This document shows positions 8,990-20,808 of a stretch of 20,808 nt of DNA, in pieces; the first letter of the stretch is position 1; each line of letters begins with the position of its first letter. This DNA comes from Ginkgo biloba (Eukaryota > Plantae > Ginkgophyta), in assembly GCA_024626585.2 (NCBI GenBank), contig JANKJI020000004.1, forward strand, positions 152,704,322 to 152,725,129, in the 5' to 3' direction. The notes beneath the pieces were generated by a model, which saw only the letters and a program-made list of their open reading frames with translations, was not told the origin of the DNA and searched no databases. Made by a program: the position numbers and the translations under genes.

Positions 8990-9837
8990 TCTTTCCTTTC
9001 CATATAATCATGTTCATCCCATTTGCTCCAAAACTAGGTCACCACTTTGCCAAAACTTCGTACAAGTTTTCTTGCCAAATCTACCTAGTGATGCTTCTAC
9101 ATCATCCTCCCCTACTTATCAAATTTTGTACGATCTCCTACTCATTCCATTCTATGGATAATCTCTTCTCCTTCTCATCCAATTCTTTGAATTATTTTTC
9201 CATGGTCCTAATATTTTCTTCTCGCAACAATTTCCTTCCACTTCATTTTATACTTCCTATTACTTTTTTCCATTCGTTGGCTCACCTCCTCATGCACTTC
9301 TTCCTAATGCTCTATAAACACATTCACCTCATCATATTCTCTTTCATCCATAAGTAATTGTACCTAGTTATTCATTGAATTTTTTGTCATATTTTAATAA
9401 TGATTTCATTTGTTATCCATGATGGATCCATGTGATCTTTTATTTACAACTCTCTACAACTCATCTTGGTTGTAGGTCTTCTCTCACTCTTCAAATGTGG
9501 CTCCACNNNNNNNNNNNNNNNNNNNNNNNNTTCCTAATGAATATCTACATGGTTTTCCACACCATCCACATGCCCATCCTAAAACATGATCATACCTTGC
9601 ACCTCCTCCTTGTACCATTCATCAAACACCTCTATTTAACTCCACTACTTTAGGTCATTCACTACACTCTCTATTGGTTATTTTTGTATCTCCTTCTAGT
9701 TGTTTATTGAGTTCTATTGGTCATTTTTCAACTTCTCTTTGGGTCATTTTCCCTATCTCCTTGGATCATTTGTTGACCCCTCATCCATGAATACATGTAA
9801 CACATCTGTTACCACTCTTAATGCTCTATCATTCTCT
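8990..9837 (-). mobile_element. Highly degenerate Ty3/Gypsy integrase C-terminal remnant
   Basis: The purine-rich minus strand translates in pieces to WMVWKTM (~9575-9550), FIEH*EEVHEEVSQRMEKK..KYK (~9320-9247), GPW-(frameshift)-KIIQRIG (~9209-9178; GPY/F-like) and LYEVLAKW (~9068-9042; chromodomain-like). The order fits Gypsy IN but identity is low. Confidence 0.45.
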
Positions 9838-9937
9838 NNNNNNNNNNNNNNNNNNNNNNNNNNNNNNNNNNNNNNNNNNNNNNNNNNNNNNNNNNNNNNN
9901 NNNNNNNNNNNNNNNNNNNNNNNNNNNNNNNNNNNNN

Positions 9938-9999
9938 TATGTGTGTGTGTGTGTGTTTATATGCATGTATGAATATATACATACACACACACACACATA
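9938..9999. repeat. (GT)8 / (AC)7 microsatellites in inverted arrangement
   Basis: tatgtgtgtgtgtgtgt (9938-9954) is the exact reverse complement of acacacacacacacata (9983-9999). Confidence 0.9.
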
Positions 10000-12114
10000 T
10001 ATTAATAGGCGCATTGGTACCTAAGTTGGATGATGGATAAAGCATAGGTCTATAACTTAGATAAAGGTACTAACACACCGTAATAGTAAGGAGCTAATCT
10101 CTCCATCTTATAGGGATAGTTCCCTTATTATGAAAGAATAAAAGAATATTGAAATGAACTTGTGACTAGCTGCACTATACAAATAAGATAAGTAAATAGT
10201 ATATGGCTTGTGTGAGCTATTCTATGTGATAAATAAGGGAGAAAAAATAAGTGTATACTATAATGGAAGGGTTTTCCACTATATTCAATATGTCGGCATG
10301 GAGAGACTTTTGATTCGTTAGTGAAAAATTTTTCATAAGTAAAAAACTAAAGAGACATCTTTATGAAAACTTTAATTATAAATAAGGGGAATCAATAAAT
10401 GCCATCCCACACATTGACTAGATAGAATTACTAGACTTAATCACAGAGGATGGAACATAAATTGATATTCACTTTGAACTTTAATAACATAGCCAAATGA
10501 ATGAAAATGTGAAAAGTAATTCATTCAATAATAAAATAGACCTAATAATCTCATATTATAGCATGACCATAAAAAAGAGTTCAAAGATAAAAATTTTCTT
10601 TCATTTGATGATCAATTCTATCTTCAAAAGTGATGTTTACAAAGAATTCAATTCCAATTACCAAAAAATAAAAAACAATATCCTTCACCACCCCCTGCCA
10701 AACATACAAAATCTTCCAACCCTCTCTTTATTTATTTATTTTTCTTCTTATAGTTTCTACCTAGAGGCATTGCATTGTCATTCATAATCACTTCTTATTT
10801 TTCCCGATAATTGGTTAATGTGTGGTAGTTTCTTGAAGATTCTTATTGCGTTTATAATGACTATTCTGGATATCATCATTTTGCATGCATCTTGATAGGG
10901 TATCCAAGATAAAGAGTGGATTTCCTTCAAATTGTTATTCCTTTTGGGGTTGATGATGATGATGCTATCATGTACACAGGAGTAATTGAGGGAACTATCT
11001 CAAAATATTCTACAACACTAATTTTGCTCGATAATGACTCATATTNNNNNNNNNNNNNNNNNNNNNNNNNNNNNNNNNNNNNNNNNNNNNNNNNNNNNNN
11101 NNNNNNNNNNNNNNNNNNNNNNNNNNNNNNNNNNNNNNNNNNNNNTTGGTATTTCTATAAAAAGAGGGGGCCGGTTAGGCTAAAAGAATGAAGACACGTC
11201 ATATGATTGGGATATAATGATAGGTGAAAATTATAGTCAAAGTGATGGAAGAAGGAAGGCATGGAGATTGGAGGTGTAACTAATTAAAGAGTGGTATGAG
11301 TGGAATGTGAGAACTAGAATTAAGTGATTACACTCAGGTGATGAGTATAACCTGCTTCACCTTGCTTAGGTTTATGTTGTGAGATGGAGGTAGGATGGGT
11401 GGAATTGGAAATATATATGTGAGTGATTACAGTGATAGGATGGGCATGTCTCAAGCTTGTTCCTTTTGTATAGGTCATGTTATTTCTATCACTAGGTTCT
11501 TACATGGTGAGGAAGACGACGGGAGTGATATTAAAAATATTAAAGAAGAACGAAGGGTCTGATATGAGGGGTAAGTCAATTGAATTCTTACCCCACGATA
11601 AGAAATACACCCACTTCATTCTTTAGAAGAGGAAATGACTGAAGGGTAAGGGATATTCAACTATAGAAGAGGGGGTGAGGTTTGACTCAAGTGGGTTCAT
11701 CTCTTCGCTAGGCCAAAAAATAAGATATAAGATGTTAACCCCTACTCTAGGTTCTTCTTTAATGAGATCATAGTCATCAAGAATGGAAGCTAGAGACTAT
11801 CAAACTTTAACCACCTCAACTCTAGGATGAATTCATCTTTTAGAATATAAGGAGTCTTGTTCATGTTGTAATTATCTCCTCTTTTGTACAAGACTCGTGG
11901 GCTAGGAGAAAGATTAACACAACAAAATATTGCTTCTTTGAAAAGCTCCATTTTTAATAGCATTGTAACATGCTCTTTATAAATGAAAATTCTTACTAAA
12001 CATTTTACTTTTCTTTGATCTCTCGAGGTGTCTCTTTGGAGCCATGAATTTGATTTGAAAAATTTGTATGAATTCTTGAAATAATATATCAACAATATAT
12101 ATATATATATATCA

Positions 12115-12303
12115 TCTATACTATCTATCTATATATCTAAAAAAATTGGAATGTACATCCATTTGTCCATCCATCCTTCCACAAATTACATTTAAAAAAA
12201 AATTGAATTCCGTTATTTATGTCATAATCACTTTGATAGCATTAAAAAAAATTAGCATCTAAACTAAGAAAATTTGATCAACGTCGAGTTGAATAATGTA
12301 TGG
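12115..12303 (+). mobile_element. Putative short non-autonomous Helitron inside a (TA)n/(CA)n tract
   Basis: The 5' end A|TCTATACTATCTATCTATATATCTAAAA...tccatttgtccatccatcc resembles Helitron 5' TC termini. The 3' ttgatcaacgtcgagtt (12273-12289) resembles a deaminated CCGGGCAACGCCGGGT subterminal hairpin and is followed by atgg|t rather than a clean CTRR|T. TA/CA repeats flank both sides. Confidence 0.42.
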
Positions 12304-12783
12304 TATATACACACATCTATATATAAATATATACACACACACATATATATAAATATATACACAATGCTAAAGATGATCAAGACATGAACTCCATCTTCCT
12401 TCTATGCCACTATCACCAAAGAAGCAACTAGACAACTTTGATGGAAGTAGGGGACCTGACAGAACTGTTGCAATAATATAAACACACAAAGATATTTGTT
12501 ACAACAGAAGACACACAAAAACCATTCTATTTTGGAAAAATCCATCGCACAAATACAGAGCTATTACAATCATATAGAACATGACTTCTTTAAGAAGTCT
12601 CTATGTATTCAATGCACTAACTACCTTGAGACATAAAATACAACTCATCTAGAGCATTCTACAACTGGAAACATTAATTACTTNNNNNNNNNNNNNNNNN
12701 NNNNNNNNNNNNNNNNNNNNNNNNNNNNNNNNNNNNNNNNNNNNNNNNNNNNNNNNNNNNNNNNNNNNNNNNNNNNNNNNNNN

Positions 12784-13959
12784 TATGGGAAGAAGGTAAT
12801 AAAAATAACAAAAAGTTCTCTTTTGTTAAATGGTATCAAGTTTTCTCTCCTCTAGAAAATGAAGGATTAGTAATAAGGAAACTCAAACTTGCCAACACAG
12901 CATGGGTGAAAAGAACTTTTGAAAAATAATCCCTAGAAGGATATCTTAATGGAATTAAGTACTCTTAGAAAAATATCTAGGAGGATACCCTCAAGAGAAT
13001 CTATCTATGGACATTGAGCCAATCCCCGTAGATTCCAANNNNNNNNNNNNNNNNNNNNNNNNNNNNNNNNNNNNNNTCATGAGATATCAGAGATGGAAAT
13101 AAATCCAATATATGGGATGATCCCATATTGGGAAACCCAAATTTAAATAATACGTTTGATATTTCCATCTTTATTTTTTGAGCTAAGGAAACAAGCCTTC
13201 ACAAATTTATTTATTCAATAATGATAAAAGAGGAAACACCAATATGGAAGAAACTTTTGGAATTGTTGAATCTCCCTTAAGAATTAAAAGGTAAATAAAA
13301 AACATTGTTGAAAATTATCATTCCCTAGACCTTCAACTATAAGGAAAAAGAATAATATCTTATCTGAGGTTCTACAAAGGGAACATGGGAGTATACAATC
13401 TATATAGGATACTAATGCCTGCTAGAAGAAGAATATTATCACCTTCAATTTATAAATGTTAACTATAAAAAGGTGTGGAACCCTATTGGCATTCCCAAAA
13501 TCAACGTTTTCTCTTGGTTACAAGCATAGGAAGCTAGTCGAAAATTTAAAGAGAAAAGGAATCTTGGGCCCTTTAAGGTGTATATTATGCAAACAAGAAG
13601 AAGGGAGCATAAACATCTCTTTCTTCAGTGTGGCTATGTTAGTTAAATCTATGGATGAGAATATTGGAAAAATTGAATCTTTCCCAAATTCGGTGGCCCC
13701 TTGACTGGGATTCTCTTCCAAACAGATGGAAAGACAACTATCAAGGTGATTTGGTAGGTAAGTCAATCTGGTCTTTACTTCCAACTATTGTTAGTTGGAG
13801 AATATGGCTGGTAAGAAATGCAACCATCGTTTGAGATAAAAATCCAATAGAACACTTTTGTTGATAAATTCGAGCACATGTACAGATTCGAATAGAAGTC
13901 CAATTGCCAACGAGAGAGAAACAGAGAATAACAACAAACTGTATTATTAATAGTGACTT
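12784..13959 (+). mobile_element. L1-clade LINE ORF2 C-terminal remnant (post-RT region and zf-RVT zinc finger), copy A
   Basis: WEEGNKNNKKFSFVKWYQVFSPLENEGLVIRKLKLAN (cf. LW...KFHLVKW..VC.PK..GGLGIR), DIRDGNKSNIWDDPILG (~13083-13133), ENLKRKGILGPLRCILCKQEE..HLFLQCGY (~13540-13637) and WRIWLVRN (~13796-13819). Many stops and frameshifts. Confidence 0.87.
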
Positions 13960-14059
13960 NNNNNNNNNNNNNNNNNNNNNNNNNNNNNNNNNNNNNNNNN
14001 NNNNNNNNNNNNNNNNNNNNNNNNNNNNNNNNNNNNNNNNNNNNNNNNNNNNNNNNNNN

Positions 14060-14860
14060 ATTTGTGAAATTAAACCTTGCCTAAATTCGGTGTCCCCTTG
14101 ATTGGGATCCACTTATAAATAGATGGAAAGACATCTATGAATTTGATTTAGCAAGTAAGTTAATCTTGAAGCCAATATCATCTTTACTTCCAAGAATCAT
14201 CAATTGGGAAATATGGACAATAATAAATGCATCTATCTTTTAAGAAAAAAATCTAGTAAAACAATTTAAAATAGAAAAAAAAATTCATACTATATCTAAA
14301 TCAATAATCTCCTATTCTAANNNNNNNNNNNNNNNNNNNNNNNNNNNNNAAGGAGGTATCTCTCATTTAGGTATTATAGTTGAGAGACTGTATAGAAGGA
14401 GGAATCCCCTCAAAAGTATAAATGCATCCCATTCTAAATGATAATATGTTATTATTTGATGCATCAACCAAAGGAAAGCCATGTCTTGTAGGTGCAGGGA
14501 ATTTGGTGATTGTGCTAGGAGGCAATTTCTTAGCTTATTATCACTTTAGCATGGGGATTACAACAAATATTCTTATAGAGGCTACAACACTCCTCAAGGG
14601 TCTTTAAATATCTCTTCGTATCTAGATAAGGTGAATTCACTATTATGGGGACTTGTACATAATAATAAATGTATACAACTCTAAAAGGACGCCCTCAAAT
14701 ATGAGCATAAGACATTTAATTTCACAGATCTAACATATCATTCAAAGTTTTAAATAACTGGACTTCAGGCATAACATAAGGAAATACAACAAAAAGGATT
14801 ATGAATTAAGAAATAAATAAGTAATATTGGAAGTGAAATATTTCAAAATTAGACTCCAAT
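14060..14860 (+). mobile_element. L1-clade LINE ORF2 3' remnant with C-terminal RNase H domain, copy B
   Basis: 14060-14255 is a diverged repeat of 13661-13850 (..NWEIWTIINASIF). It is followed by LLFDASTKGKPCLVGAGNLV...YHFSMGITTNILIEATTLLKGL, GD..IIIN and FRHNIRKYNKKD, matching the plant L1 RNase H pattern FDGASKGNPG.AG.G...TNN.AE...GDS...H..RE.N..AD. Confidence 0.85.
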
Positions 14861-14919
14861 AATCGAAGGGAATCGACCTATAGAGTAGGAACAAGAAGCT
14901 AGTTAGGAAGTCTTAAGAA

Positions 14920-15068
14920 CTATGAACCATTATCTCTCTCCTTATGAGTCATTCTTCCCCTCTATGTGATTCATTTGGTCTCTCCCTATGAGTAATTCAC
15001 TCCCTCCCTTTAATACATTTGCCTTCTCCCTATGAGTCATTCAATCTCTCACTATGAGTTGTTCAACC
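14920..15068. repeat. Degenerate ~22-bp minisatellite, ~7 copies (consensus ~CTATGAGTCATTCNNTCTCTCC)
   Basis: Units start at about 14920, 14942, 14962, 14986, 15008, 15030 and 15052. Confidence 0.8.
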
Positions 15069-16401
15069 ATATACATCTCTTCCAATGACATTTGGTTAAA
15101 GTCATTAGGAGATATTTTTCACCATATTTTCCAAGAAAAAATCAATATGCTTTCTTACTAGTTGAGAGANNNNNNNNNNNNNNNNNNNNNNNNNNNNNNN
15201 NNNNNNNNNNNNNNNNNNNNNNNNNNNNNNNNNNNNNNNNNNNNNNNNNNNNNNNNNNNNNNNNNNNNNTCGACAATCTACCTAAGTTTATCTCTCTCTA
15301 TTTCCATCCTTGCATTCCTCTAGAACTGCCTCATGTTTAGTGATCCACTCTTTCACTCATATTTTATCATTCCAAATGTATCACCACCTCCTACTCTTAT
15401 TCCTTCCTTCATATCCTTCTTCCTCTTCTACTTCTCCCTCGCCTTCTCACTTGACCTTCTCGCATAAATTTATCACCTAAATTTCTCCTACCTCCTTCCT
15501 CTCTCTCTCTTTCTCTTTGGTCTCTACACTTATACATTTTCTAAATCCTTAGTGCCAATGTCTCTTGATAAATTTTTAAGTTAGTGAGCTAAATTAAATC
15601 TTCCCAACATCTCTCATCTTTAAGAAACTATAATATCGACATTCCCCCTAGTATGGCCTCCTTATTTTGTCACATAGATGTTCATCTTTATAAACTCTCC
15701 AATAATTGTCAGTAAGGGTCTCTTCTAGATCTATAATAGATGATTCTAATTATTGCTTATAACCATTAATGAGCTGAGGTGTAATGTGTTGAAAAAACTT
15801 ACATGTAACCTAGATTTTCTTTGCGTGCCTTATGCCACTTCTTCAGTATTTTATAGTTATACTTTGTGAGATGGGAACCCAAACTCTAAGAGGTATAAAA
15901 CCTTATATACATTAATTTATTACTCCTTTGGGTCCACGGGCTGCTCGCAAGTGACCTAGTCCATAAACTTTGAGCCTTTTGAGATTCCCAAACTTCAAAC
16001 TTAGGTGACTTTTAAATGTGTGATCAATTTTGTAGCCTCTGGCCCTTCTTGACGTGTGCCAAAACTCCAAAAGTCCTGATCTTTCATTCTTTCCAAAGGC
16101 CTAAGCGCCTTCGTGGCCATTATCAACTCTATTTAATAACTTTAGCGGGTCTGCAAAAGTAGTCTCTCTTGACCTCCACATTTTTAGAAACTCTGACATA
16201 ACTCCACACAATCTTAAAGTCCAAAACTCTACTTTATTCCTCTCTTGGGTCCACAAGACATCATAACATCAAGTGGGAAAGTAATCAATAAAATTTGAAC
16301 CTCTAGAATCCTGGAAGACCAAAACTTAAGTATCCACCTAAATAACTGGACAAACCTACACCTTTGCATGTGCTACATCGATGCTCCTGCATCATATAGA
16401 C

Positions 16402-16438
16402 ATATATGTATGTACACACACATACACACACACACACA
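16402..16438. repeat. Compound (TA)/(CA)n microsatellite
   Basis: atatatgtatgtacacacacatacacacacacacacaa read directly from the sequence. Confidence 0.85.
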
Positions 16439-17499
16439 AACAAGTAAAACCCAAGAAAAATGATTACCATCATAATACTTGTTGATCCCATTCGAGGTAA
16501 ATACATGATATACATTTTGGTAGAAGTCTAAGATTATAAACATAGTAAAGAAGCTTAGAACTATTATAGAAGGAGAGGGACTTCGAAACTTGTAGAGACC
16601 TATTTCAATCATTTAATCCAATGCCAAAGATTGTAAGGTGTCAGACATAGTATATTATTGAAAAATAGAGAGGTCCCATTACACCATGATATTTTGGAGT
16701 GGACCACATTAATCTAGTTTTAGTTCTTGATGACTACTTAGTTGGATTATTATGATAATACTCTATTCTTAGTTGATACAAAGCATCTAAAATAAGGTGA
16801 AGGCCTTGATGGAATCACTAGAAACCAAGAAGGTATTTTCTCTCTCTAAGAAATTTAGTCAAAGGCTAAGAAGAGGGCTAGCCAGAGTTAGTCTGAGGAT
16901 AGACAATAATGGTGCAACATTGATTGGGAGTAGGAAGAACTAACTAGAAGGGCCCATGCATTGAATAAGAAGGACTTCCATAAGTCAGGACTGGGAAATA
17001 ACTTCAAATATTAAACAACAATAATCTTTTTCTCTCCAGTAGAACCAAGGAAGGTCTCCACCACCTAGGACCAGAGAGTCATATTGTAATTAGGTGTGAT
17101 AGGGGATATGTTCTCTCACGGGACAGAGGGAGATGATGCAAAAACTAAGGCACTACTCCCTGGTTAGTTTATACAATCTTAGTGTAATCAAGAGCTTTAA
17201 AATGACCTAGGAGGGTGCATAGTCCTTAAGGGACCCATGGTGTCATTAACATATATTTAAATCATATGCACCAAGGGGAAATAAGGATTGATCTTAGTGA
17301 ACCTACATGGTCCATGTGTGATCAGGAAGGTTTAAANNNNNNNNNNNNNNNNNNNNNNNNNNNNNNNNNNNNNNNNNNNNNNNNNNNNNNNNNNNNNNNN
17401 NNNNNNNNNNNNNNNNNNNNNNNNNNNNNNNNNNNNTTAGTTGGCCCTCTTCTCCTCTCGAGGGATATTTGTTTCGAACATAATCTTTGTAACTATGTT

Positions 17500-18290
17500 T
17501 TCTTAATCTCCAATTTACTTCCTTAATCAAACCTATTCTTACATATCTATTGCTTTGAGTTGCCTTTATTCCAACCATTATCCCATTCTTCTTACCTAAA
17601 GTAATCAAACCTTCCTTCATCTCTCCGTGTTATTTCCTATATAACATTTATTGTATTTACTCCAACTTTAGGAAGTTGAGCTGCCACCAATAAAGATGTT
17701 ACACCCCTAAGTATTGTACATCCCACCACAATAAAATTAGTGTAAAGACCTTTCAAATTATACCTAGAAATTGTGGAAGAAATCATTACTAGCATTAAAG
17801 GTTAAATGTCCATGAAATCTCCAATTTTTGTTTTGTTGTTTAAGTGGCAAAACATTCCTCTATAAACCAAATCCATATGCATATCATACCTCAAAGTTTA
17901 GGGATTGTGACCATATAAATGTAATGTAATAGGCAAGGGCAATCCAATAGTATGGGCCCAATTGTAGGTTCCCACTCATTATTCTTCGTATTTTTTCTTC
18001 ATTTCTTAGGGCTACAATAATAACTATCCACAAAATAGTGTGGGACAAATATCTTCATGGAATTCTTAAGAGAAGTTCACTAATTATCTATGGCCATAAT
18101 TAAATTTCTATCTACGTCTCTTGAAATGATGTTGCCACTTAGGCAAATCAACTTGTTGAAGGTGTAAAGAAACCAAAATTCTAAGACAAGGTAATAAGTG
18201 TACTCCCAAGTTATTGAACCAATGCATAGTGGCATCTACATCTCTTATGCCATCAAACATAGTTTACCTTCACTTTAACCTCAACTACCC
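17500..18290 (-). mobile_element. Degenerate Ty3/Gypsy gag remnant
   Basis: Minus strand EVKVKV-(frameshift)-MFDGIRDVDATMHWFNNLGVH (ATG at 18260) matches the Gypsy gag N-terminal pattern K..LP.FDG..D....W...LE.YF. A later NFS*EFHEDICP resembles W..F...F...F.P. Boundaries are approximate. Confidence 0.5.
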
Positions 18291-20808
18291 TCATTTCTTG
18301 AGGGAATCATGTTGCAAATCAAAAACCAACTTTGCCTTCTGTGAAATTGCTTTAAAGGATAAGTATGAATACCCCACCTCCTATTTGTGCAAGCATGGTT
18401 AAGATCATGCCTTGGTCCAACACCAATGCTAAATACACTTATCGAGTCAAATACAAATTCCTTTGGCTCTCAAATGAATGAGTTTCTCAAATGCCTTATT
18501 TTTCTTAACAATTGTCAACCATTCATTTTTATTTTTCATCGCATTTTAGCAATTACCCATCCCACAGTCCAATTTTCTTAGAGCATAGATTTCTATTGAT
18601 AGAGTTCACCAATTATTCTCATAGTGCTAGAAGTATTCTATTTATTTAGCTAGATTCCCAATTCAATTTGTTGCTCCCTCATTAACCCTCTTAAGCATAA
18701 TTTATTTTTTTTAATTCTTCTAATATAATGATCGGCAATCTTCCTTGTTAGTGTTGCATTTCATAGAAGTTTTCCTATAAAAACAAGGCTTGACCTCTCA
18801 TCTTGAGCTTAACAAAAGTTATCTTCTAATGGTTTGTATACTATTGGATTACGAAGTAGGTTTTCGATCGTCTTAGTTAGTTATCGAGTTATTAACATCC
18901 ATTTTTCCATCATTGTAATTTCCACCTTTGTTTCCACTTTAAAAGTGGTGTTCAATGTTTTCATTAGAAGTTGAGTTTTGAGAGTACTGTTAATTGTAAG
19001 AGCACTACTTACAACATCATTATTGATCATTGTAGCCATAGTTGTAATTGTGGAGGTATAGGGACTAGGCTGTATATAATTTGTAATAATTGAGATATCA
19101 TGTCATTAATGTATGTCTTGAGTTGGTCTAGACCTTTTTGTTGATGTTCAACCCTCTCACCTTCACCTTCTTTTGTAGGCCTTTAAGACCATTCTCTCTT
19201 ATTTCCTCCTGACATATTATTGGATTAGGATTCTCCTAAGCTATTATGGTTGTCTATCTCTTCTATAACTTGACAATAGTAGATTTGCTAGTTTCTCTCC
19301 CTCTTCCTATTATTTGAAACAAGTCTAAACCATTCAATGTTTTAGGTGTAGGGTCAAGTATTCCTAAAACTAAATCTCTAATGCTAAAATATGATCCAGA
19401 ACTCAAATGTGAATAATGAAAGCAACTTTAGAATAATTAAATTTTCACATTCATAAGTTGTGGTCACACACAAAAGATTGATTTATTAAAGAAAAAGAAA
19501 TTATACGTTTTACATAGCTTTATATCAAGCTTGGAAGTGGAATCAAAGTCCACTATTTTATAAAATTTAATATCCCTAAAAAATTGGATTGATTACCAAT
19601 ATCAAAAAAGAAGACACTTGGAAGACTATCTTCAAAGAAAGGCATGGACCTTTTTGGATGGATGGTTATGGCAGTTACGCTAACTAATGCACCAACTTAA
19701 GTCCAATTAGTGTGCATGCATTAAGGAGAAATTATGGTCTGTGAAAACAAATCAAAGATGCACCATGTACTTCTTCCTAGTTTATGCCAATTATTATCAT
19801 TGTGCTGTTATTGGGCAATGCCCAAATGTAAACCTTCCTTTTAATAACAATAATCCAAATTTTCCTGCATCAATTAGGTGGGCACAATAGTATCCATGGA
19901 GCCAAATTATAGCCTGCAATGCAAAATGTTCAATTAGGAGAGGAAAGACCAACATTTGAAAGTAAGGGATCCAAAAAGTTGCCTAAGAGGAATTTGATAT
20001 TGGGAGTTGTTATGCCTAACCAAAACAATCTCAACCTGCCTGCCAAATGACTACAAACTAGCTAAGCTAGGATTGATACAATCCTTCTAGAATTGAAAGA
20101 GACCTTACTACCTCATGGTTTGTCTATTATTATTGCCAACACTCCATCATAGGACAATCATCATGATAAAGCAGCTCAAAACATTGCCTTATACTTTACT
20201 TCACAAGCAACTACGTAGGCCTTGGGTCAAGATATGGGGGAGTGCATTCTAGAATGCATCATAAACTTCAAATGGAAGGATGAGTTGCCTATTCTCCAAG
20301 AAGGCTTGGACATTATGAATGTGAGCTTAACAATCGCACAACATGGATGTTGACATTTCTCACCAATGTCATCTAGGTGCATGTCAATGTTGGTGCATCC
20401 ATCTTTGCACATCCTCTTGCACGCCACATCTATATTTCAATTATTTACTCATTTATTTTGATTTTAATTTGTGTAACTACAGCATATGATGCACTTAATT
20501 AGCACATAATTATTGTGTAAGTAAATAAATCTTAGATTAAAAATTCATNNNNNNNNNNNNNNATTCGATTTAATTAGTAAGTGAGTACTTATTTTGATCC
20601 ACACACACTAAGCATAGTCAATTTACTATTTAGATTTGAGGTTTCAATTTTTTGCTATTAGATTTAACTTTTCTTTAAAAGCATGTATTATGGTGTTTCA
20701 ATTCATAATTGATGGAATGGACATGTTTGTGGTTCTTCTCTTTGTGCAAGATTCAAAAATTTGATAATTCTTGAGAGCCGTGTACATCTTCCAATTCTCG
20801 TCTTCTTT

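Noticed and set aside
10240-10310. Plus-strand KCIL*WKGFP chromodomain-like peptide
   Set aside because: Too short, with no supporting integrase motifs recognised nearby.
11790-12095. 101-aa minus-strand ORF
   Set aside because: Non-ATG start beside a microsatellite and no recognisable motif. Likely chance or unrecognisable TE debris.
12160-12190. Minus-strand FVEGWM, resembling the missing GH5 N-terminal GGWLVxEGWM motif
   Set aside because: No flanking similarity. It arises from (tcca)n repeats in the putative Helitron 5' region.
15270-15830. Minus-strand tagggggaa|TGTCG (PPT plus LTR start at ~15641) with faint Copia RNase H-like peptide upstream
   Set aside because: Plausibly another LTR-element end, but there is no second LTR or convincing protein motif to support a call.
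16450-17330. Possible LINE ORF1 remnant on the minus strand
   Set aside because: Only compositional resemblance. I could not recover diagnostic motifs.
1-20808. Prokaryote-type systems (CRISPR arrays, operons, defence islands) and tRNA/rRNA genes
   Set aside because: No repeat-spacer structure, long ORFs or structural RNA signatures. Spliceosomal introns and plant retroelements indicate plant nuclear DNA.

Overview
AT-rich eukaryotic nuclear DNA, almost certainly from a land plant, in a fragmented draft assembly with many N gaps (mostly 100-N placeholders). The window is mostly decayed transposons: a chromodomain-bearing Ty3/Gypsy pol remnant (~2990-4490, -), two related Ty1/Copia 3' halves each with RT-RNaseH, PPT and a ~340-bp 3' LTR (5017-6334 and 7551-8610, both -), further Gypsy integrase and gag remnants, two diverged L1 LINE ORF2 3' fragments (one with an RNase H domain; 12784-14860, +), a probable ~190-bp non-autonomous Helitron, and several mini/microsatellites. 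The only host-gene sequence I recognise is a four-exon, intron-containing fragment of a plant GH5 glucan 1,3-beta-glucosidase (6435-7477, -). It is pseudogenised by frameshifts, a stop codon and atypical splice sites, and lies between the two Copia copies. I find no intact protein-coding gene, RNA gene or CRISPR array, and no convincing evidence of a novel biological system. The best candidate for follow-up is the Copia-GH5-Copia arrangement. All alignments and counts were done by eye.
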